Notes under the pieces: generated by a model
Databases searched by the model: none
What the model was told of the DNA's origin: nothing
Seen by the model: the letters and a program-made list of their open reading frames with translations, nothing else
Position numbers and translations under genes: made by a program
Virus record (IMG/VR): IMGVR_UViG_3300028423_000586
Location: 4,943 to 68,942 of that record
Reading direction: 5' to 3' (one strand)
Source: a virus
Length of the DNA stretch: 64,000 bases
Shown here: in pieces, positions 57,193 to 64,000 of the stretch
Numbering within the stretch: position 1 is the first letter of the stretch
Layout: each line of letters begins with the position of its first letter

Positions 57193-57675
57193 ATGTCTTT
57201 GAACAAAATGATGGATGAGTTCAATAAGCAGTATGGTATTGAGCCGGTATCCATTACTCCAATTAATGTAGAAAAAGCTGCTAACTTTGCAAAGGCTGAA
57301 TCTGAAGAAGCACTAGAAGAAACTCAGCTATCTACATTTAGTCCAGAGAACTCAGTAAAAGAACTCTTAGACGTTATTTATGCTACATCACAGCAACTAC
57401 GTGGTATGGGCGTAGATATTGACTTAGGTTTATCTGAGCTTCATACAAGTAACATGTCTAAACTAGTTCCATATGAAGAACTTGCTAAAGAGATTCATAT
57501 TGCCCGTGAACGTTACTTTGATGTAGAAGCCATTGAAGTAGAAAAGGACTTATTCCGACTCTACTCACCTTCCCAAAATAAAGTAGTGAAACCTACTTGT
57601 TATCGCCCAGCTAACGTAAAAGGAGCTTTGCCTGAACATGAGCAAACAACGTTCGATACTATGCTTAAACTGTAA
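57193..57675 (+). CDS. MazG-like / all-alpha NTP pyrophosphohydrolase
   Basis: ESEE...KELLDVIY...LHTSNMSK...KVVKP. Confidence 0.8.
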   Translation: MSLNKMMDEFNKQYGIEPVSITPINVEKAANFAKAESEEALEETQLSTFSPENSVKELLDVIYATSQQLRGMGVDIDLGLSELHTSNMSKLVPYEELAKEIHIARERYFDVEAIEVEKDLFRLYSPSQNKVVKPTCYRPANVKGALPEHEQTTFDTMLKL

Positions 57676-58087
57676 TAACACAGTACGCAAAATACCTTTG
57701 GCTATCATGCTTTATAAAGCAACTGATTCTGAAGGAAGTCAGCACTTAGCAACTCTAAGTCAGCGTAAAGACGTAGAAGCTACTTTAGCTGAAGATGATA
57801 TTACACTTAGTAAGTGGACTCGTATTACTGCTAAAGAGATAGTACGTCAAGGCTTTTGTAAATGCTGTATTGATAACTTTGCTAAAGAAGCACAGAAAGT
57901 TATTGATGGTGGTATCTACTACCATTGCTCTGAATGTGGTTCTAAAGGTATTCTAGAAAAGTCTGATTACACTATGGCTATTCGTAAAGATGCCGGAGAG
58001 CAGTATTCTACTGCTAATGAACAGGGTCAATACCAACCATTACAAGGTGAGTTTGATTCATGTTCTAAGCATACTATTAAGCTGTAA
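57638..58087 (+). CDS. Zn-finger protein
   Basis: CLNC, CKCC, CSEC, CSKH. Confidence 0.65.
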   Translation: MSKQRSILCLNCNNTVRKIPLAIMLYKATDSEGSQHLATLSQRKDVEATLAEDDITLSKWTRITAKEIVRQGFCKCCIDNFAKEAQKVIDGGIYYHCSECGSKGILEKSDYTMAIRKDAGEQYSTANEQGQYQPLQGEFDSCSKHTIKL

Positions 58088-58316
58088 ATACCCATCGGTA
58101 TTCTTCTTCAGTAACATACCAGTACTTCTTGATTTGACCCATCTTACGAAGTTCTCTAAAACACTGACTACATACCCTTACATCACAGGTGCTAAGGGTA
58201 TCTTTCAGTTCACTGCTTGATACACCACCATATCGAGAAGCCAAACGTAGTATTTCTTTGGTTATACTAGGTTTGTCTTTTTGGTTGATATCCCCATTAA
58301 GAAAAATAATATCCAT
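58077..58316 (-). CDS. Small winged-HTH-like protein, antisense to the middle operon
   Basis: ILRLASRYGGVSSSELKDTL...FRELRKMGQI pattern; fills the gap between + ORFs. Confidence 0.5.
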   Translation of the reverse strand: MDIIFLNGDINQKDKPSITKEILRLASRYGGVSSSELKDTLSTCDVRVCSQCFRELRKMGQIKKYWYVTEEEYRWVFTA

Positions 58317-58468
58317 ATCCAAGTCCGGTTAGTTACTGGTATGAGTAATCAGTGAGTGATTATACCTCGGACTTGGTGGGTACTTCTATAGGTGTAATCA
58401 CATACTCACTTAACCCCTATTCCATCTGGTTTAGGGGTTATTTTAACTAACTAACTAAGGAGCCACCA

Positions 58469-59329
58469 ATGGCAAGTAAAATTCAATCTCAAGAGAATGC
58501 TATTAAGTTTGTTGATAAAGTACTTAGTAACTACATGGCATCTCAAGGTAAAGTACGTCCTCACTTTATCATCTCAGGACCAAGTGGTACTGGTAAATCC
58601 TTTATCCTTGAAAAGCTTTGCCGTAAACATGCAATGTCTTTTCTAAACATCAATGCTGCTCAGCTAACCCGTGAAGGTATTGCCGGTAATTCACTATCTA
58701 AAGCTCTAGAACCACTGAAGAAGCTTCAAGGTAAACCTGTAGTCGTCTTATGTGATGAGTTCGATAAACTCTTCCAAGGTGTGAATGGAGCAACAGGTGA
58801 TGAACGTGCAGGAGTTCAATCAGAAATCCTTCATATTGTTTCTTCAGGGGTAGCTCAGGTTATTGCTGATTACGGTCATTACCATGAGGTAAACACCAGT
58901 AATGTATTATTCATTTTTGCCGGTGCTTTCCAAGGTCAGACTAACCTAAGCCCTGAAAAGCTACTAAGCATGGGTATGTACCCTGAATTATTAGGTCGTG
59001 TGAACCTGCATATCGAACTGCCTAGTATTGAGTGTGATGAACTAATTAAAGCAATGAAGAAAGATGACTTGCTTCAGCATTACGCTAATATCCACAAGCT
59101 ATCTAAAGAGAAGCTTGAAGAAGCTACAGATTCTATTGCAGAGCAGATTCGTAAACAATTCCCTACCAATGTTATTGGTTATCGTTTAATTACCCGACTT
59201 ATTCACCAATACTTCTTATTTGATGGTGTATTCCCTGAATACAAAATGGAAGAAGGTGACGACTTACTTGGGGATGACTTAGATAAGCTCCAAGAAGAGT
59301 TAGGATTCGAAACACAAATCGGAGATTAA
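58469..59329 (+). CDS. AAA+ ATPase, ClpX/HslU-like
   Basis: GPSGTGKS, LCDEFDKL, GVQSEIL, LFIFAGAF, GMYPELLGRV. Confidence 0.85.
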   Translation: MASKIQSQENAIKFVDKVLSNYMASQGKVRPHFIISGPSGTGKSFILEKLCRKHAMSFLNINAAQLTREGIAGNSLSKALEPLKKLQGKPVVVLCDEFDKLFQGVNGATGDERAGVQSEILHIVSSGVAQVIADYGHYHEVNTSNVLFIFAGAFQGQTNLSPEKLLSMGMYPELLGRVNLHIELPSIECDELIKAMKKDDLLQHYANIHKLSKEKLEEATDSIAEQIRKQFPTNVIGYRLITRLIHQYFLFDGVFPEYKMEEGDDLLGDDLDKLQEELGFETQIGD

Positions 59330-59330
59330 G

Positions 59331-59645
59331 ATGTTCTTATTTCGTGTAGATAGACAGCAACTGGAAATTAAGTACAGTACTGACCCTACTGCTCATATCA
59401 CGGAAAAAACTGTAATCGTTAATGGTAAGAAACGGGATAGAGAAACAAAACGTTTCCTCTGGTGCGAAACCATAGAAGATGCAAGTGCTGAACTTGATAA
59501 AGCAGTAACTAAAGCTAAGCGTAACTTAGCTATCCAAATCGCAAACCTTAATCACCAACTTGAATCACTCGATGGTCATACCTTAGCTCAAACAGCTAAA
59601 GTACGTGATGCTATACGTGAGTATAACAACACCCATTGGGATTAA
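59331..59645 (+). CDS. Hypothetical protein
   Basis: SD GGAG. Confidence 0.7.
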   Translation: MFLFRVDRQQLEIKYSTDPTAHITEKTVIVNGKKRDRETKRFLWCETIEDASAELDKAVTKAKRNLAIQIANLNHQLESLDGHTLAQTAKVRDAIREYNNTHWD

Positions 59646-59659
59646 CTTGAGAGACAACT

Positions 59660-60742
59660 ATGATTCCTCAAATCGAACACAAAGATGTACACAATTGGTT
59701 TAACTACGTATTATCTACTGACCTATGTCCATTTCTTATTGGTGACGTAGGTAAAGGTAAAAGTCAGTTAGCCAAAAGCTATGCTAAACAAAAAGAGCTT
59801 ATGGTACACACCATTTATCTAGACTCTATGTATGAGATGGATGTTATTGGTTATGCAAGCCCTAACAAAGATACCGGTAAATTTGAATACCTTCCTTGTG
59901 ACCTATTTCCATTAGCAGGTGAAGAACTTCCTATTAATCCTGATACTAAGAAAAAGTATAAAGGTCATCTAATCATCTTTGAAGAGTTTGGTAACTGCCC
60001 TAAATCCATGCAAGTTGCTGCTCAACGAGTACTATTGGAAAAATCAATTGGTTCTCATCCATTACATGAGAAAGCACGTATTGTTTTGCTAGGTAACAAG
60101 GTATCTTCTGGTGCTAACGCAGTACCTATTTCTTCAGCTATCCGTAGTCGTTGTGGTATTGCTGAATTAGAAACCAAGAGTGTGTCAAGTGTTAATGGCT
60201 TCATTGACCATATGCAAGCAAGTAATTGGCATCCTGCTGTAGTGTCTTGGGCACAAGCAAACCCTGATGAGATTCGAGAATCAGACCCTAATCTAGTTCA
60301 TGATGGTGAATCACCGTTTACTACATGGCGTTGTTTAGAGGCTGTATCCGATATGCTTAAGCAGCTACAAGATGCAGCAGCTAAACGTCAAGTACCATTA
60401 ACTAACTTGGTTCGTAATAACCTAGTGGTGTTTCAATCAATCATGGGTTACACCAACGGTTCTGACTTCCACTCATCTCTAATGAATCCGAGTGTAGGAT
60501 TAGATGAAATTCTAGTTAATCCAGAATCAGCTCAAGTACCTAACAGTACTGCGGATATCCTTAAGATTTCCCAATACTTAGTATCTAATGTAACAACAGA
60601 AGATACAGTAGATACAATGCTTACTTACTTAGAGCGTCTTGACCCTGAAGCTAGGATGTCAGTTGCTAATAAAGTTTCTGCATCTTCTAACTTCTTGTCT
60701 AACCATCCTAAAGTGAAAAAGCTTTTTGAATTTCCATTCTAA
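59660..60742 (+). CDS. MoxR-like AAA ATPase (N4 gp24-like)
   Basis: GDVGKGKS, IIFEEF, LLGN, AIRSR. Confidence 0.85.
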   Translation: MIPQIEHKDVHNWFNYVLSTDLCPFLIGDVGKGKSQLAKSYAKQKELMVHTIYLDSMYEMDVIGYASPNKDTGKFEYLPCDLFPLAGEELPINPDTKKKYKGHLIIFEEFGNCPKSMQVAAQRVLLEKSIGSHPLHEKARIVLLGNKVSSGANAVPISSAIRSRCGIAELETKSVSSVNGFIDHMQASNWHPAVVSWAQANPDEIRESDPNLVHDGESPFTTWRCLEAVSDMLKQLQDAAAKRQVPLTNLVRNNLVVFQSIMGYTNGSDFHSSLMNPSVGLDEILVNPESAQVPNSTADILKISQYLVSNVTTEDTVDTMLTYLERLDPEARMSVANKVSASSNFLSNHPKVKKLFEFPF

Positions 60743-60750
60743 GGTAGCTT

Positions 60751-62025
60751 ATGAACAGCAAAGAAAAAGCCTATATTCTTAGCTGTATTGATACTTTGAT
60801 TAGCCGTGTTAGCACATGCTACTACGGCTGTATCCTAAGCCGTTTAGTGATTAAAGAAGTAAACCATATTTCTGAATTTGCAGTCAGTCCTCATGGTGAG
60901 CTTCTTTTTAATCCTTCAATCGAATCAATACAAAAGCAAGATGTTAATCGTACTTTACGTGACTTACTTCATGAAGCAGGGCATATAGCTTTAGAACACT
61001 TTGCACGTAAAGAAGCCCTTAAAGTAGAAGGTAAAAACCATGATGCTTTTAACATAGCTGCTGATTGTGCTATTGAAGCCATCATGGATAAAGACTTTCC
61101 TTTGTTGCCCGGTGACCCTAAGCATCATAGTGACTTAGAACAATATATACCTAGAGCTGCTTGGGATAATGCTTCCACTGAACAGATGTATGGTCGCTTG
61201 TATACTCCTAATGCTAAAGGTGATAACCCGAACCCTAATCACCTACCTATTCTATCAAGACAAGGCAAACAGGCTCTTCAAAGTGCTATGCACCAAGCAG
61301 CCCAAGAAGCCAAAGATAAGATGATAGAACATGCCGAAAAAGAAGCAGCTACTAATACTAACCGTGGTTGTCAGAAAGGTAGGGGAACCTCTTCTAAAAC
61401 AGAAGAACTACTAGGGCTATCTAACGACTTGTCGAATATCACTTCTCTAAATACCTTATCCCGTTTGTTTAAAAAAACCTACGGTAGAGGTGAAGCCTCA
61501 GATGATAGTGTGTTTAACCAAAGGCATGTACTTAGACGTGAGTTTAACGGTATGGCTTTAATGGGTAGACACCAAAGGTCAGCTATTGAGCAGTATGGTG
61601 AAGTTGAAGAATGGCATAACGATGTAGGTATTTACTGTGATATATCAGGCTCAATGGATAGAGGTGCTATTATCAATGCCTTTAAGCTTATTCTTAAATT
61701 CGCTGTTGAGTATGGTGTAGCTCCTGTAACAGTACACACCTATAACGGTTCTCCGGTTGAGTCTTTTGTTATTGATAAAAATACTAACCTTAACTCTCTG
61801 TCTATCAGAACAGGAGGAGGAACAAACATCAATAACGTAGTAAACCAAATACCCCCTAAAAACAAACTCGTATTTATTCTAACTGATATGGAAGACCGCC
61901 CTATTACTCAATGGGATTATGATGGTGAGTTAGTATGGTTAATCCATGATAATAGTCATACCAATCACGATAACTTTAAGTTAGGTCAGAAAATCTATAT
62001 CAACGACATTATAGGAAAAGTTTAA
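60751..62025 (+). CDS. Metallopeptidase-vWA protein (N4 gp25-like)
   Basis: HEAGH..LEH, NIAAD, MIDAS DISGS, GGGT, LTD. Confidence 0.88.
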   Translation: MNSKEKAYILSCIDTLISRVSTCYYGCILSRLVIKEVNHISEFAVSPHGELLFNPSIESIQKQDVNRTLRDLLHEAGHIALEHFARKEALKVEGKNHDAFNIAADCAIEAIMDKDFPLLPGDPKHHSDLEQYIPRAAWDNASTEQMYGRLYTPNAKGDNPNPNHLPILSRQGKQALQSAMHQAAQEAKDKMIEHAEKEAATNTNRGCQKGRGTSSKTEELLGLSNDLSNITSLNTLSRLFKKTYGRGEASDDSVFNQRHVLRREFNGMALMGRHQRSAIEQYGEVEEWHNDVGIYCDISGSMDRGAIINAFKLILKFAVEYGVAPVTVHTYNGSPVESFVIDKNTNLNSLSIRTGGGTNINNVVNQIPPKNKLVFILTDMEDRPITQWDYDGELVWLIHDNSHTNHDNFKLGQKIYINDIIGKV

Positions 62026-62027
62026 TA

Positions 62028-63329
62028 ATGACCCCTACCAAAAGCCAACTTGATGCCATTAATGAATTTGAGCAGTGGTTATCAACAGACGAGAAATATT
62101 TTACTCTAAGAGCAGGTGCAGGTAGGGGTAAAAGTTGGACTACCTTAAACGGCTTTATCCCTACACTAAATAATAAGGGAAAGGCATTTGATATCGTTGC
62201 TACTACTAAACAGGCATGTGACTCTTTAATTTCTATCCTTGGTTCCGGTAGTACCTTGAATCCTATGACCCTGCATAGCTATTTAGGATGTATTCCTACG
62301 ACTAAGGACATTGTTTGGGGAAACCCTAAACAATTCCGTAAAAGCAAATATTTTCTCAAAAATCAAATAGTTGTAGAAAATTCTAATATCTTACTGGTAG
62401 ACGAAGCTTTTAGAGTAGAGCAAGAATTACTTGATATTATTGATTACCTAATGCCTAACAAACGTATTGTATGGATAGGTGACCCTTTTCAAACTCCTCC
62501 TATTGGTTTTAGTAAGTCGCCTGTAGAAGATTTGACATCAAGGACAGTAACTCTTTATGAGTCTCCACGATTTAAACGTTTTTCACCATTAGCTGATTTA
62601 GTTAATAACTTACTTATGGCTGTTCAATTCGAAGAGAAAAACTACTTAGATTTATTGCCTTCTGAAAATACAGAAGGTATTAACCTAGTACCTAAAAAAC
62701 ATCTTCAGATAGAACTTAATAAACGTTTAGTGAGTGGTAATGCTATTGACTACAGAGAAATGTGTATTCTTTCAGCAACCCGAAAAAAGACGGATGACTA
62801 TAACAATTACTGTGTAAAAGTAAGAGCTAAGGTAGGTTTACCTATAATCCATCAATCTGAAAACATAGTTATTGATACCGCTATTGCTGAAGACCGTAAC
62901 CCTACTCTTTACTGGTTAAGAACCAATAATAAGTTACCAGTTCTTAAAGTTACTAAGCAGTTACATGATGATGCAGTTAGTTTTATCAAAGCTAGAGCAA
63001 TAGGTCATACTTCAACCTTACTGAAGGTTGCTACTCCTTTATGTGTTGAGGGTAATTGCATCATTTATCTACTTACAGGTGATGGGGGTAAAGGTTTATC
63101 TGGTTCTCAGATGAAAAACTTATGGGCTATACGCAGAGAGTTGGGGATAAATTTTATCTTTATAAGATTAAGTATTGCCAAAACTATTCACTTAGCTCAG
63201 GGTATTACCTCTCCTGACGTCTATATTGACATGGAATCTGTTGCCCGTTGGCATGATGATGACATGAAAAGACGTCTTTATTATACCGGTATATCTCGAT
63301 GTTCATCTAACCTGTACTTAATGAGGTAA
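62028..63329 (+). CDS. SF1 DNA helicase, Dda/RecD-like (N4 gp37-like)
   Basis: AGAGRGKS, LVDEA, GDPFQ, TIHLAQG, YTGISR. Confidence 0.9.
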   Translation: MTPTKSQLDAINEFEQWLSTDEKYFTLRAGAGRGKSWTTLNGFIPTLNNKGKAFDIVATTKQACDSLISILGSGSTLNPMTLHSYLGCIPTTKDIVWGNPKQFRKSKYFLKNQIVVENSNILLVDEAFRVEQELLDIIDYLMPNKRIVWIGDPFQTPPIGFSKSPVEDLTSRTVTLYESPRFKRFSPLADLVNNLLMAVQFEEKNYLDLLPSENTEGINLVPKKHLQIELNKRLVSGNAIDYREMCILSATRKKTDDYNNYCVKVRAKVGLPIIHQSENIVIDTAIAEDRNPTLYWLRTNNKLPVLKVTKQLHDDAVSFIKARAIGHTSTLLKVATPLCVEGNCIIYLLTGDGGKGLSGSQMKNLWAIRRELGINFIFIRLSIAKTIHLAQGITSPDVYIDMESVARWHDDDMKRRLYYTGISRCSSNLYLMR

Positions 63330-63331
63330 TC

Positions 63332-64000
63332 ATGAAGTTTCTTAACTTTACAGATAAGCCATCTGATATAAAGATGGCTTTTATTGTACATAAAAATGAA
63401 TTTAACAAACGTAATATACGTCTGAATTTACTCACCTTCATACCTAAAGAGTACCATAATAATGTATTAGTTTTGGCTTTAGAGGATGATGATACTAACT
63501 TAAGCGTTATCCCCAACCTACAAAAGCTACCACCTAACTGCGTTATTACTGTTACTGATGCACGTCTATACAAGCATTTAGTACATAAGAACAAATTACC
63601 TAAAGTAGTGGGTGTCTTATCACCTATATTTGGTGATAAACATGTACAGTACTTTAATTTCTCATCTAGAGCTTTGTACTTACATGCTAATCTAAACCAC
63701 AATCGTAAATGTTTAGAACATGTAGTTCATTTTGTTAAAACAGGTAAGTACCTAGTTACTCAAGTAGAGCGTAAGTTAATAACCCCTAAATCTTTAGCTG
63801 AAGTCAAAAAAGCTTTTAGATTTCTTATGTCTCAACCTATTATCGGTTCTGACATAGAAGCCACTGACTTAAAGTTTTACAAGGCTGAACTAGTATCTAT
63901 TAGCTTTGCTATAGACGACAGACGTGGATACACTTTCCATGTAAAGTACTGTGACTTTTTACCTTTACTGAAGCAGTTTTTCTTAAAATACCAAGGACGT
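63332..64000 (+). CDS. DNA polymerase (N4 gp39-like, family A), N-terminal part, truncated by window edge
   Basis: Open to the end; SD GAGG; ExoI motif IGSDIEAT...SISFA; follows the helicase as in N4-like phages. Confidence 0.8.
   Translation, partial: MKFLNFTDKPSDIKMAFIVHKNEFNKRNIRLNLLTFIPKEYHNNVLVLALEDDDTNLSVIPNLQKLPPNCVITVTDARLYKHLVHKNKLPKVVGVLSPIFGDKHVQYFNFSSRALYLHANLNHNRKCLEHVVHFVKTGKYLVTQVERKLITPKSLAEVKKAFRFLMSQPIIGSDIEATDLKFYKAELVSISFAIDDRRGYTFHVKYCDFLPLLKQFFLKYQGR

Noticed and set aside
63307-63702. Minus-strand 131-aa ORF
   Set aside because: Antisense to the DNA polymerase frame starting at 63332
1-64000. Genome-wide stop-codon reassignment
   Set aside because: Core genes are intact under code 11, all three stops are used, and no suppressor tRNA is present

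Overview
This window is about 64 kb of a lytic N4-like podophage (Schitoviridae), probably infecting Vibrio or a related marine gammaproteobacterium, assembled as a circular permutation. It opens inside the primase and runs through the AAA ATPase, SSB and resolvase genes. A minus-strand late block follows: a 3394-aa virion RNA polymerase, ejection/structural proteins, MCP, portal, lysis cassette, two receptor-binding proteins and terminase. The probable genome terminus lies near 35.5 kb. After it come the early region (gp2-like activator, two-subunit RNAP II), three tRNAs and the middle region (PDF, Nudix, macrodomain, ThyA, rIIA/B, AAA/vWA, helicase, start of DNA polymerase). The strongest unexplained signal is in the transcript from a sigma70-type promoter ahead of the tRNAs. 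It begins with a GGGG-loop hairpin complementary to an ATTCCCCAA(N)CAAAG element in the translation-initiation regions of at least six early/middle genes, including both RNAP II subunits and rIIA. This is a candidate phage-encoded, multi-target antisense RNA circuit. Other highlights are three copies of a non-Watson-Crick candidate vRNAP promoter, a DfrB (R67 DHFR) fusion, a NADAR/macrodomain/Nudix ADP-ribose toolkit, a three-domain putative nucleotide-sponge protein, an SSB-tail mimic, a Fur-like box at the terminus and several structured non-coding regions. All family assignments come from motif recognition by eye; no searches were run.
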